In this document: positions 1-22,600 of the stretch, in pieces
How the letters are laid out: each line of letters begins with the position of its first letter
How positions within the stretch are numbered: position 1 is the stretch's first letter
From: Pocillopora damicornis
Lineage: Eukaryota
Direction: 5' to 3'
Assembly: GCF_003704095.1 (NCBI RefSeq)
Contig: NW_020844981.1
Coordinates: 62,001 to 126,000 of the forward strand
DNA: 64,000 nt
Translations under genes and position numbers: made by a program
Notes under the pieces: model-generated
Databases searched by the model: none
What the model saw: only the letters and a program-made list of their open reading frames with translations
What the model was told of the DNA's origin: nothing

Positions 1-358
1 TGTCGGTCCAGAATCAATGCTTGCCTTGATGATATGTCGAGACACTTGTGGAGGTGTAACACTTTCATCTTCATTTGAGGAAACGTGCCTTGAATGATAG
101 TCTTACCTCTTAACCTCTTTATAAAATATCTAAACTCCGTCTCCGCCACAGAAGAGGCGCCAGACAAGTAAGTGCCACACTGAAACGGGGCCAGCAGATC
201 CCACTTACCCATCCTCGAGGATGAGTGAAAACTAAATGACAACTAAGAATTATCTGAAAGATCTCATTGTCGTGTGCGGTGTCAGGATTTCCCAGTAAAA
301 CCTATTGTCTCCACACTAGTTTCTAATTAACCTCTTCATGTATTTTCTGTGATTATAG

Positions 359-825
359 AAGCTGCAACAGCTCTGAACAACATCGAGAAAAAGCTCGGAG
401 TAATTCATACGATTAACGCCTCCAGAATACTTCGCTCAAAGATTCCTCAGTTTCCAAAATACAGTGATGTCACCCTCTACCAACAGCTCCTGGCAACCAA
501 CCGAATCTTAACGAAGCTCGATGGCGCTAAAGTCTTGGCGATTGATCGGGCAGAGAGGAGATTTCGCAACGAAGAGGAGACAGGAAGCTCAATCTCACAA
601 GAGGTGGATTCCCTAAGAGATGAATTAGCCTCCGCGGAGGAGGAACTCAGCGAGGAGACGGATCGGGAAATGGAAGACGAGAGAGAGGCACAAGAGAAGA
701 TACAAGAGGCTTTGGAAAGGAACAAACTTGTTGCAAAGAAGACGGCATTTGCTCTAACGGCTATTGAGAACTACTTGGAAAAGCTTCAGACAGACGAGGC
801 TAAGCTTAAGCGGTTCCGATTTTAG
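359..825 (+). CDS. Probable terminal exon of an unidentified gene; acidic/charged coiled-coil protein ending KLKRFRF
   Basis: 158-codon ORF with E/K/R-rich heptad-like composition, preceded by a pyrimidine-rich tract and TATAG acceptor (ending 358). No family recognised. Confidence 0.5.
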
Positions 826-1814
826 CCATTTAAGAACGTGATCAGAGGCAAAACACGTTCCTTACTCTAGCCTCCTTACTCTTACACAAGTAATGAGTAA
901 AATTTAAAGACCCTTCGTTCAAATTGATTGGTTTCAGTGTATCCATTGTTCTGTGACTAACACATCAGGGTTGATGTAAAAATAGTGCGTGCACTTTCGC
1001 GCTCTTTCTTCAGAGAACCTTTCTCGAAACAGCAGTGTCCAACTTAATATTTGATAACAGTACCTACAACCCTCGCTTGTGAGTTTTGCTTGTACAATAA
1101 GTTCAGTATAATTCAGAGGAGGCAACTACACCGCTGACACCCAAGTGCTACAGAGTGGTTTATTTCCAATTTATATACATTGTCTTTACAATAGAGTAAA
1201 CCATTCGCACTAAAATTGTCCTTGTTCAACCATACCTTCCCTTTCACAATCCATAATTTCTCGCTTATTATAACCAATAAAGTTCTTGTGTTAACATCAC
1301 ACTCTCTCTTGCGTAAGAATCTCGGAAAGCAGATATAATTTACGAATGAATCCTTGTGAAGTTTACGTACACGTAGTGGGTTATTGTTAAAATGAATACT
1401 GTACATGTGTATGAATATAATCTTTCACTTTAGTTTAAAAATTCATATTTAAATTTCGATTCGAAACTTTTCTCTTATTTCATGACCTGTTCTTGTGCGA
1501 CTGTACATGGGATAATAGCAAAATAAAAGCGCTTTGCTGTTGCAATAGCACACAGCCACTTGAAACAGGGTTTTTAGTCTCGCTTATGTCAGAGTTTCTA
1601 CAAATATAACTTCCGGTGACATTTTCTGTTGCGGACAGCGCATGAGTGTTGGCGTGCAGCCCATGATACAAGTTCATAAAACCTTTAAGTGATCAGTTTA
1701 CATTTGGCAGCAGATGTGTGAGTGTAAGTAGGTGAAAAGAAACGTACTCAGGCATAACTACTTTAGCAAATTGTCGCACGGATAGCTATTCTTCGGATTC
1801 GCTAAAAAATATGA

Positions 1815-9796
<7,982 letters not shown>

Positions 9797-10648
9797 CGTA
9801 ATTACAAATAATAATTCCTTCTGTGAAAAGTATCAGTACAATCCGTAGATCTATTAATCTATCGTATTTGGTGATCAAAAATAGTACATTCTTGAATCAA
9901 ATGCTATCAAGAAACTCAACAACGACAATTAAACTGAACTGGACGCCGAGGGATTTACTATTCCCGCCAATTTTTCCCCAGTTGAACTATGGGAGAAAAA
10001 AATTTATTTCGAGGGGGTGGGAGTGAGGTGTATCTAGCTGAGTGACAAAGAAGACTAAGTTATCCAAATTCTTTTTTTAAAAGTTTATCACTGATTTGCA
10101 AAATGCTCGAAAAATTTCATATGATTTGCTGCTGCTTGTACCAACTCTTTTCAAACGACAAAAATTAAGAGAGATAAGGAAATATTTGGACACTTGTTCG
10201 TGGTAAACAAGTTGCCAGCGTGGCGCTCGATATTAGAGCGAATTTGATTGGTTACATGTCAGTGTACCAATCCTCTTCCATGTTTTATCCCATGAACGCC
10301 TGGGAGAAACTAAAGTTCGGTAGGAATAATAACATTGAATATGGTCGTCCTATGATAATTCAGTCTCTGGACTCAGGGTAAACTAACCGTAATTGAATGA
10401 CTAGGTGTAAATATCGCCAGTGTTCAAGGTTGTATAAAACATGAACTGCCCGACTGAAGCACTGTTTCCTTGCGGCAAAGGAGACAAATAGCACTGTTTC
10501 GAAATTACCTGTACTTCCATTGGCTTCAAACTCAAAATTAGTTTTGTTTACCAAAGATGTGCTTTGTTTGTGTAAACGAAGTGAACGTGTGAAATTACAC
10601 TGTTGAAGTAAACATCTTGGAAGGACCTAGTGGGGTTTTATAGTAGCC
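9797..10648. promoter_or_regulatory. Divergent (probably bidirectional) promoter region between CDC7 and VPS13B
   Basis: 852 bp between the two ATGs; E2F-like TTCCCGCCAA at 9961-9970; opposed CCAAT boxes near 10246-10251 (GATTGG) and 10267-10271. Confidence 0.65.
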
Positions 10649-13600
10649 ATGTTAGAGAGTTACATCACCCCAGTTTTGATGAGCTACGTCGACAAGTACA
10701 TAAAGAATTTGAAGCCTTCAGACCTCAGTTTGTCGCTATGGGGCGGAGATGTAGTGTTGTACAATTTAGAACTACGGCTGGATGTTTTGGAAAAGGTGAG
10801 AAAGATTGTTACCTCAGTTCTAGTTTTAATGAACACCTCTCTTTCTAATAAGCCTAGAATGATCAAGATATTTATTGTAAGCATACTAATGTTTTAGAAA
10901 ATGTGGTCGTTCTTAGTGGTTTAATAGATAATGAATGGTTAATTGCTTGTCTCATGAAGTGAGGCAAATCAGTTGTATTGATCACGACATTTTCAAAAGC
11001 TATACTACTAGTCTTTGTTGTCGAAATGCACGTAAGACAACATGTAAACATGTAAACTTTCAACCTTGTCACCTGACAAGAACTAGTTGTATGGCAATTG
11101 AATACATCACGATCATCATGATTAGCCTGACTTACATTGTAAAATAAGCAATGACACCTTTATTTACATAATTATGTTCTTCCAGGAATTACACCTGCCA
11201 ATAACATTTCTCAGTGGGAAGATACACAAGCTACAGATCCATATCCCATGGACAAAGCTGGGATCAGAGCCAGTTGAGATCACCATCAGCACATTAGAGT
11301 GTGTTGTCCAGTTGAAATATCCAGATCATAGCCCAAGTGATCAATCAAGCAAGGCCTCTGAGGCAGCTTCAGCCAATAGTGAAAATGAAAAAGAAGAGCT
11401 TGAGAAGGTAATGGAGGGCAAAGAGGAGGTCCCTCCTTCTGGGTATGTTCAAAGCCTTATCAACCGAGTGATCAACAATGTATCAATATGTGTTAACAAT
11501 GTTATATTGAAATACTTGGAAGATGACATTGTCTTGTCCTTAAACATCAAATCAGCCGAAACATTCAGTGTGAACAGCAACTGGGAGAAGGCTTTTGTTG
11601 ATGTTGTTGCTCCTGACTTTTTGCTTCAGAAAGTATGCAATATTTCTGATCTGACCATCTGTCTTGACAAGCGAAATTCCAGTGGGAAAATAGAACTCTA
11701 CCAAGATCCACTATTGTACAAGTGTGGTCTACGCTGTCGAATGATGTTGAAGTTTGACAGCCTTCTCAGACCCATTGAAACAAAGTTTAATGTGTATTGT
11801 GAATCTGCAGACATTTCGCTTACAGATCAACAGCTTCCAATGGTTATTAGATTGGCTACTCTATGTCTCAGTCTTTATGTTGGAACTCTAGATTTACCTG
11901 GTTCTGAGTACAAACCGCACCCAGCAAAAAAAATTGTTGAGCAACAAGCCATTTCCAATCCAAATCTGAGTTTTACATCAGAACCACAAGAAGTCTCTAC
12001 TCAGACAGGCAATCAGCAAAACCCAAATGATGAAGACTGGGTCAACTGGGTGTGGTCTTTTGTTCCTAATCTCACAGATGATCAGTCAGCACTGCTAGCA
12101 ACACCTCCACCAACACCTCTACTGCTAGCAGGATTCTATGTTTCTCATGTGACAATTACTATTAAGTTGACAGGAAAGGTCAGTGATGGGAATTTTTTTG
12201 GTGGACAGAGATTTGAATTCAAGCCTATGTTGAGTTTTGAATTGTCAGGAGGAGCAGCTGAAATGGTATTGAGAGGAGATGAATTTTTTGACGCTCAGGT
12301 TGGTGTGTCATCCATCATTGGGTGGAATATTGGTAACTGTGTTTGTCGAAGTTTGGATGTGTCTTCAACAAAAGAAGGAATTGAAGCAGATGATAAGGTA
12401 CAATCTTCAAGACAGTTATTAACTAAGGTTTTAAAGAACCACACAGAAATGTAATTACTATCATTGTAATGATAAGACAAAATTTAATATATTTCAATCA
12501 GTATTCTAGAAGAAATTAATGAACATGATGACTGTAAAGCTAAAATTGTTTTGTTAAATTAATTAATCGAGGTCAAAATGATTTTGAACCAATTGATGTG
12601 TACATGTATTTTCCTTTGTTTCTGATGAAGCATCATTATCCGTGAACAAAGAAGAACACAGTTAAAATGAATTCCATTGCAACATATGCTCTACTCTTCC
12701 ATTTTATGGTGCAGTGACAATTGGTGAAGAATCTCTTTATCTTGTAGCATAGTGTACATTTGTATCATCACAGGCAGACCACACTATGTGTTTGTGGTTA
12801 GTAATTGTTGACATAAGACAGACAACATCTGAGGGTTATGAATAAAGCTCTGAAAATTTGACTGGCAGCCATTAAAGGAATTTGAAGCATGCAGACCATT
12901 TCAAATTTACCAATCAGCAATTGACTTTGTTTTGAACTGCAGTGGACTTCCATGGAAGTTGCAGCACCATGTGGTTAATTTGAAATGGCCTGCATGCTCC
13001 GAATTCCTGTGGTCACTAAGTTTGGCAACAATCATATTGAAAATGCTGTATTGATGATTTCAGCATTGATTTTCTTGGAAAATGTTGAAGGAATGAAGCT
13101 CAAATTTGGTGAAGAGATGGAGCAACATCATCTCTAACTGTTGCCAGTTAGGAGAGATTTTCAATAGCTCGGAGTGTAATTAGAAATAAGCTTCTTCTTT
13201 GTAATCTTTTTCTAGGAAGATGTTTTTATCACCATTGCAAGTCATAGGGAAGATTCCTCTGATTCATCAGGATTTCTGACAGGTTCCTTGTTTGACAATG
13301 GAGAAAGATCTTCTCTAGCAATTCCTGATCTGACATTCAATGCAGAGGAATTCTTAAAGATACACAATGAGAAACTTGCCCTCAGGAGATATGGGGCTTT
13401 TTTTGCTGACTATTTGTACACAATGGAAATTGAACCAGAGAGTGATCAGGATGCTGGGGAAAATCAGTTAGAAGGGTTAGAAATTTTTGGTGAAATACGA
13501 CTTGTGAGGGAGATGTCTTTCAAACGGTTGATTGTGGGCCCAACACATTTACAGCTGTCAACAAGTATGATGCATAGATTGGAGCTTGTTTTGAAGCTGG

Positions 13601-16600
13601 CATTTGATGATATTGTTCCAAGAAAAGGTATGACCTACACAGTGTACATATCTCTTTGTACAGAGTAGTTTAAAGAGGTCATATGTATACATCACATGTA
13701 CATCTTACCTTGCATTTACTCAAGTCCTGATGTCTGCATATGACCAAATATTCCATGGTAATTTTTACTATTGACAACAGTCATTTGAAAAAAAAATAGA
13801 CCTCCCCATTTTAACTTTCATGATCATAACTATTTTCAAACCTCTGTGAAGTTGACCCTTGATGAGGAAATGGCCTGGCTGATTACCTAGGGTAAACACA
13901 GGATTTTTTTGATAGAAACTTGAATAACCAGAAGAAGAATCTTGCTGAGTAAGATGTTGAGCAATATATCATGAGCACACAACAAAGAAAAAATTCTAAG
14001 TGTTTGACAATGAGTCAGATCCCACAGCTTTGTGCTTTGATGTGGCATGGTATGAGGTCAACTCCTCAGGAAAGATTTCTTTCTTGAGTTCAGAATCTTC
14101 TGTGAATGGTTTCAGCCATGAAAAAGGAGTTTGATTTGAGCTTGGTACTTGATTATATGCTTGAATGCTACCAGTACGTACTGCAATGTAATATGTTCAG
14201 TCTATTTTTTATAACTAATGCAGTTTTATTTTGTTGACATTGTAGAAAAATGTGAGCCATACTATGATGAATTCATTGAGAAACAGCTTCTGGCAGGCAA
14301 CATTCCAGCTCGTAATTCCAGCATCACCCTGGTGTCGTTTACTGCTACTCTACCAGCTGCTGACCATGGAAAGATGTCCCAAGGTCCTCTACTGCACCGC
14401 ACAAACAGCAGCACAGAGCTACACACTGTCTCCTCACAGTTGTCATTACAGAGCATTCCTGATGTAATTATGAAATATGTTACCTAATTAAAGCTGTCTC
14501 AAAAGTTTACTGTGCATGTAGATCTAAAAACTGGGGAACTCTTAGAATTGAATTTTGAGTTGTGGGATTTGTTTACCCATGCCAGTTAATCTTTTGGATT
14601 TCATTGTTCATTGTTTTGAACGTCATGACATTGATAGTGATAGATATTAGGTGTTGACATAGGGCCTGAGGAGTCTTAAAAGAATCTTTTTTCTTCAAAG
14701 GAGTCTTCAGAGATTTATTTTTGATAATGCTCAGCACTTGCTTCACATTTCCTCCCTTAACTATATAAAAAAAATTCCTTCAATAAAATTGGGTGATGCA
14801 AGAGGAGCAACTTGGTACTGTTATTCCTCTTTGTTAGTCCATTTCATGTTTTTCCCACTTTCTTACAATTTCCAAGATATTTTTTACACAGCTTTGGGTG
14901 TTTATTAAGCCAGAGAGGGAGTGATTGACTGATGTGGTGTTCTATTAGATGAGAGTATCTTTCTTTCCAGGTTGAAGATACTGATATTGTTCCCGAGGTG
15001 GTCTGTATTGTTCAGATCAGTAGAATTGATGTCCAAGTAACAGAACCAATGTACCCAACAGAGCTTACTAAACTGACTGTAGCAAATGCAGAATACCCTG
15101 CTGGCAAAGCCATGCTCATGTGTACATACTCTGATGTGTCTGCCCAGGTTTGTAGTTTTAGTGCAAACAGCAATAAATTTATTTGTAAGATCTTATTGCT
15201 GATTCTGTCCAAGAAATTTACCTCAAAGGCCTCCTTGTTCTTTTAGATTTTGGTTTTTTTTTGTTGCCACCATGGTTGGAAAATTGCTTAAATATATTTA
15301 ATCGTCATTGTCTGTAATTACAAGGCCGCCCCTCGCTTAAAATAATTAATTGAATATACAAATGCTTGTTTATCAGTTTCCAATCTGAGAACACAATCAT
15401 GTTTTGCCTTTCAATCCTCCTTTTGTAGCTTTTTGGCATTCAAGTCAGTGTAACGCAGCTTCACTCTGATGTAATAGACATGCCTATGGTTAACATCATT
15501 CCAGCATTCAGTGTGGCTGGATCATTAAGATTTTGCATTTTGCCTGAATCGTGGTAGGCCTTTCTTATCTTTATATTTTTGTCACAATAGTTTTTCATAA
15601 TGTACAGTAAATATTACAGACATAATCGAAAGTAAAGTGGAAATATTTAATCTAAATCTGTACTTAAGGTTCTTGAGTTTCTCAAGTTGAATCACTTAAC
15701 AATTGTTTACCACACTCCGTGTTAAATAGTTTTTTTCCAACACAGTTGCTCTTCCAAACGGTCTGTTAGTGAATAGCATCCTGAACCTGCAGGGTCAAGC
15801 AATTAAGAAATGGAAGAAAGTAGTACATCACTCCACCATTTCTAATGCTCAGCTATTTTGAATTTGAACAACTAATCTAATCTAAATAGTCCAATAGTCT
15901 TTATTTCCAAACTATCAAAGAACATATGTTATGATACAAATCACATTGCTACATTGACTAATACATCAACTGCAATAGAGCTAAGTCATACTTAAAAATC
16001 AAGAAATTAATGATTGAGTTTTTAAAGTGCATGGTGTTTATGTTAGGGCCACAACTATACCTTTTCCAGAGGATATAGCTGGGTGATTTAAAAGGTGGCA
16101 TGATTGTTGACAGTGCTTTACCTGTAGAATAGGAGATGGTTTCAAAGACTGGTATAAGATACAGAAAAATTTAGTTGGTCTGTCTTGATCAGACAGAGCC
16201 ATATTATTTCACAATACAAGTAGATAGGCCAGCCTATAGAAGTACAAGTCATGTGCATAAAAAGCCTTTCTCTAATGTGATTGTTGTGTTTTTTTCGTAG
16301 GGGTGGAGCAGACCTTCTTAAGAAAGAGGCTCACATAGAAGTCCCAAACTTTCAGACTATTTTGACGAAGCCTCAGTTTGTACTCATGTCTCACATTGCT
16401 GACTCTTGGGCAAGCAGCATGACAAAAGAAGGAAAAATGGCTCCAATTCCCAGAGCAATTGTTGGTTGTGTGTTCTATCCCAATGGTAAGCATACCTGGA
16501 TATGTTGTTGGTCAGGTAGTTACAAAAAATAATTTATTGTTGCCACTCAAGATAGTAAGTAATTCAGCCTGCAATAGTACTGGTGTTCTTCTCTGCTGTA

Positions 16601-19600
16601 GATCAGTTTAGTATAAGTGTAAACCCTTCATACAACACTTCCACTACACTCAACTTGAGTACTAATCAATGATTTTTTTAATTTCAAAATGTCAGATCAA
16701 GACTCAGGAGGCATACAGCCTGAGTTGCAATTTAAAGTTTCAAACATCCAAGTGCAGTTCTGTGAGACTCAGTCTGTTGTTGGTGCAAGTGGTTCAGTGG
16801 GATCTGTTTTTGCCTCTCTCAAGTCTTGTGAGTATTGTCTTGCAGTGTTGTTAACTCTGGAACAAAGTATTACTCACCATAATTTCAGTTTTGTGGTATG
16901 GCGGACTATATTGGGCAAGAAATGGGACTTTCTCTATTCATTGAAATGAAAATCTTCAGCCTCACCCATTTTGACACTAATTTTACACTTAGTCATTTCT
17001 GACCTTGGCAAGGTGATAAATACTGTGGAACTCTCATAATGTCTAGAGGTGTTTCTCACTTGTAGTCTGAGCTTCAGGCAAAAAATTCTCACACAAGTTT
17101 CCACGTTTAGATCTCAATTAACCTATGAATATCTTTCCTGTACTCGTTATTTCATAAGGTTCCTCACACACTCTAAGCTTTTAGGACCTGTATAGCATTT
17201 AAGTTACCTGAAAATGAAATAAGATGTTGTTTTTTTGAAGGTGAGTCTGGCACTACTGAAACAACGCCTTTAGTTAAGGGTCCATCTGACACCTCAGAAA
17301 TGTACACAGGCAATCTGTTTAGGTCAGCGCATCTGCAGGAGAACTTTGTTGAAAGTACAGGACCGGTTCTAACCTTTACTGTACAGTTACCACAGGCTGC
17401 CATTAGGAGTGGTGACCCTGTGGCACAACCAGGTAAATTTTAATTTCATCGATACGTTTATTTCTTAGCTTATTCATAATCCTTCGTGTCCGGGAAGGAG
17501 CAGTGAAAAAGTGGAACAACTCAAATCAGCAGATTGCCCTCGCAAGCCGTTTTCATTCTCGTAGAGATGACATAACTGCAGTCTCTTCTTTTTGTTACTG
17601 CAACTTAGGGAAATGTAGCTGAATATTCTTGCTTCATCTGTCACATATGCTTTCACACACAACCGACAACCCGCAACTCCCTCGTTGCTCCGCCAATTTT
17701 CCTATTGAAATTAAACTACATAACATTTATCCACCTTGGTAATCAACTTAGTCAATCAGTCACTTACAAACCTACTTTCTTGTTTGTTTGTTTTGTTTGT
17801 TTGTTTTTTTTTTTACTGCAACTTAATATCTTTTATTTTCCTCAACAGTTCCACCGAGTGGTGATCAGTTGAGCGGTTTGGTCCTGTTTCATCTGAAGGG
17901 TATCACGGCTTCCCTTGATCCTTTGCTGTACAAGTGGATTTGTTACAAGTCTCCTGCACCAAAAGTAACACCCCGTCACAAAGCAGAACGAGAGAGGACT
18001 AAGACTACTCGGCAGCAGTCTCTTCCCAAAACCCCATCAGCCACCACCCCCAGAAAGAAATCATTTGCAAGAGGTAGGTACATAAAAGGTGTTTCATGCT
18101 ACTTAATGAGGAATGTATTAAGAACTAGTCTCTGAAAGAATCAAGGAACTGAGAAATGAAAATTTGCAACCCCGCCTTAAAATTTTGAGTGCTGTCAGAC
18201 ACTTAGGGGGATGCACAAAAATGCCCTTTTAAAAGTTCTTGTTGCCATGGTAACAAAGGCTATTTGTTCGCGGCCTAGTGCATAGCCCCTGAATGCCGAA
18301 CTGCTTGAAAAATTTTAAGGAAGGGTTGAAAAGTTTCTTCTCTCAAGTTGTTTGATTCTCATAGAGAATATTTGTAAATTTTCGGGGAAAAATTTGCCAT
18401 TTTGTTTTCGTTCGAAAACTCACTTCTACAAGTACGTCGGTTTTTTTTTCCATCATTTAAGACATCCTCAAAATTATCGCTGCTAAAAATGGAAACAACA
18501 GTATCGAAAAAGGCGTCAAATGCATCGCGTGCAAACACACCGTCTTCTTGAATGAAAGCGATCTTCTCAATAATGACACCGTTCTTTTAATAAATTCACA
18601 ATACTTGTTAAAAATACTATTTTAATAGATTGCAAGGAGGGCCTCTAGAAATTACGGGGCTCATATGTTTGGCGAAGAGCATCAAATACAAAACGAAAAG
18701 TAAACGGGAATGCTGGTGTGGGTGAAGATATATTGCTTTGGTTTATTTGTTGGAGGCGAAAACTTATGACTTTTCAGAGCGCATTAGCACTTTGAGGGAC
18801 TAAGAAGCGTGCGTCTGTAGACTGTTCCTCCATCCTTTGACAAATAATCTTATAAAGAAGCAATTTTAATCAACATCTTAGCAGCAGAACTCCACCTTGA
18901 AGAGACTGCTTTTATTTTAAAAACTGAGTTGTGCTTAATTTGCTGTCCGGAGGAGAGCAGAAACAATATGATAGTTGTCATTGAAAACCATTCTGATATC
19001 CAAAACAACTGTCTTTCAGGGTATGGTTCGGTTACCTCTCCAGCGAAAGAAGAAAAAGCAGGTAGCAAACAAGACGAAAGTCCACAAAAACAGAGTCCAC
19101 TAAATGAAAGCTCACAAGAAGTAGTGGATGGACGAAAGATGTTTGAGAATTGGTTATTTGACAAGCTTTCCTTTTTGACAGCCATGGAACTCCAAGTTAG
19201 TAGATGTCTCTATACAAAGGATGTCAGGTTGCAATTTTTTGATGTGCACTTAATACCTGTTTTCGAGAGAAACTGTATATTTTGGTTTCTAAGAGAGTGT
19301 ATGTTTCTCGAGACAGATTCTAGGTAAGTTTTAAGATATCAAGGGAAACAACCTTTTATCCAAATCAGTACCATTTTTCTCTACTCAGAATGAACATTTC
19401 TTCCATTAATGGACTGATTAGGTATTTATCTCTTTGAATTCAAGAAAGTTCTCACACTCCCTCTTGTTTTCAAAGGTGACGGCTTGATTGTGTTATTTTT
19501 ACGAACTTTAAAAGAGATCTAGCCTCGGGCTTCTGTCAGGTGCTGGATGCGTGCTTCTCCTAAAAATTGATCACGTCTAATGAATGAACCTTCGAGCGAC

Positions 19601-22600
19601 ACTTAGCGTGAAGAAGTTGCACAGATATTACATGAAATTCTCTGAACTAGTTGAATGTGCTTTAATCCTTTTTCCTTACAATGTCACCCGCAAATCAAAC
19701 GTTAAGGTCACTCTGATAAGTGACATTAACCCCAAGTAAAGAAGCTCTTGATTGTGAAACAAATTCCCCTGCCAGAACCTTATGAAATATATGAAGAACA
19801 GTTTGGAGAAAATACATAGTTAGATTATTTTATTGAGGATAAGGGAGAGCAGCAAATACTAAGCCTTAACTCACGTTTCAGGTTCATATGAAGAGTGCTG
19901 TATTATTCCTGCCAGAGAAGCACATTGCTCACGAGTTTGAAACCAACGATATTGCCTCTACATTTTCCACCCAATCCTTAAAAACGACAAACAATTCATT
20001 TCCACCCACACTGGTCATTTGCCTCCCAAGCTTTAAACTTCTTAGTGCAAACCACGAACCCATGTCCGTTAGGCAATCCCTGCCAGTGAAGAGACATCAC
20101 AAAGACGCTACACGACGAGAAACGCTACCGTGGACATTAGAAGCAGAAAATCTAGCGGTGTACTCCGTGTACGTGAAGAAAAGCTCATCACTGAATGGAG
20201 AGGATCTTCAACCCGTTGTACATTATTTATTGTCAAAAGTGTCATCCACCGCCGTACTTGCATCTGCTCGAACATCATCCGTGCCAAGTTCCTCCCCACT
20301 GGCCCCGCTCCAGTTTCTCAAGCCGAGTAGCGCGAGTGGGAGAAGGGTTTCCATGCTTGGATTTTGTGTTCACACAGATTTTCAACCAATTGAAGTCAGC
20401 TGCTGTGGGAAGCAGGTGAGACTGGTTTAAGTTGAGTTGCATTTAGATTGACCGTCGCTAAACCAAAAAGCGATATCATTGCGACGGCTTATTAGAACAC
20501 AATGAAGTATCACAAGGGGTCATTGAGAACTTGAGGTCAACTTATCTTATTGACAAGAGGCGCTTTACACATCAAGCGTGGTTGATGTTGGTTATGCCTG
20601 TGATTTGCTAAGGGGATTACGTGAGTTTGCCAGATCCTGAACCAATGCAAAAGGGTCACAATGGGGTCAACCAAAAGCCATAAACGGCCAAAAAATTTAT
20701 CCGATAGGCGTAAAAATTAACAATTTATAACCGATATTTCGTAAAAAAAAGTTAACCGCTAAAAAATTGGAAGGATTCTAACCGTTAGCCGTCCAACCGT
20801 AAGCCGTAAGCCGTAAAAGCCATCACCTCATTGAGACCCTCATGCAACCTCGTATTTCTTACTTTCGACAAGGAAATTGGAAGCGTGTCATTCGTAATTG
20901 TTTTAAGACTGCTTTTACTCTTTTTTCGCTTTCTTAGATGCAGTTAGTCGCCAACTTGTTGGAGGGTGTTCTCACAACCTGCTCTTCAACCCCAACATCT
21001 TCCTCTTCCGCCGACACCACTTCCGGTATTCCTACTTCCGTCACCCATCCCACCGCTCCAGCTATGAAACGGACAACCTCTCTTGCTTCATCATCCTTTC
21101 AAGACCAAGTAGAGAGTGAGATGGCACCAACCGAAACCGTGTCATCAACGACCTTTTCACAAGTCCAACAGGTATGCCAAAAGCAAAAGGGGGGTGGGTT
21201 GACTGGGCATGTCTGCTGAGGTCCTTAAACCCTGACCATGTTAATGGCAAAAAACTAAAATGTAATGTGTAAATTGAGGAATGTCGGCTTCATACGGCCG
21301 CTACTAATATACTTAGACAGTATATTTGGTTTTTTTTTCTGTAGAAAGCAAAAGCACCCGCTAATCTTTTGCAATAACTAAGTAGTCGTCTTTTATAATA
21401 TCATGGTCTTTCTTTTACTTCTTACTTCTTTCAGCCTTCCAACGCCATTCGAGTTTCCCTGTGGTTGCAATGGACTCTTCCTCGAGTCGTTGCTAATCTA
21501 TATAGTCGATCAGCGGTCGATCATTCGGCTGTATGCGTCAGTGCCGAGTTAGAGGACCTAACAGCTTCAGTTGATTTCAGTGACACCATACTTCAAATGC
21601 AGTGCAAGATCGGAGCTTTCAATATTTCACACTTCACACACAGGTGTCTTTTTCAGATGTTTATGTGGTACAATAATGTATCTTGTTAGTGTTGATCACA
21701 ACTTAAGGCGCACGACGGAATTTAGGTGATGTACATATGTAACAGACTGGGTTTGAAATGACGAACAAAGTTTTCTGACGGCACGAGGATAGTGATCGTA
21801 GGCGGACATCTGGGAAATTGGCAGAGACCAGTTTTAATGATAAAGTAGTAGTTTTCTAATTTACGTACTATGCCAAAGTTACAAAAGTGTTCCAAGATAA
21901 TGCAAAAAACTCCATGTCTTAGTTTTAACACAAACCGAAGTTGCAAAATATAGGTGTGAACGTCCGCTAAGACTGATTTTGAATTTGTTTTCATTTAAAA
22001 AGCTCTGATGGTTTCTGGGAACTTGGTCATTTCAACGGCATATTATTATCCTGTAATGACATCATCTCGTCCAAATCACTATTCACGTCTGCAAGGCGTC
22101 CGTCCAGCGGTCGCCGGGAAAATCCAGGCCCAGGAGCGCACGGATTTCTCACGATCATGTACAAACGCTCCTCCCTTCACTTAAAGAGACGCAGATCTTC
22201 TTCTGTGGAGAGGACTGGTAAAGAGGAAGACCAATATAAAGACCAGCACGAAGTGCACGTCAATATTCAGCCGTTTGATGTCGTGTTGTGGTGCCCAGCT
22301 ATCGTTTCGGCTCTTAACACGTTTGATGTAAGCTTGTTAGAGAAGTTTCGTTATTTGTCTGAAGACAAGAATGACGCCGAGAAGACAGAAAATATGTTCA
22401 TTCCTAAGAACGACGAAGAAGCGGAAAAAGCTGAAAGTCTCACTGTTAATGTTGAACTCTTACCACTTCTTTTTGTCAACATGAGAAATCTAAGATTATT
22501 CATTCCGGGTTTATTCGCTGGGAAGGATCCAAACTCGGCACAGGAATCGGGAAGAATTCATTCTCAAGAGGACATGGCTGTAGTTCAACTTTCAACAGTC

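Noticed and set aside
18126-18840. Possible non-autonomous DNA transposon in a VPS13B intron
   Set aside because: Composition is suggestive, but I could not define TIRs or a TSD with confidence.
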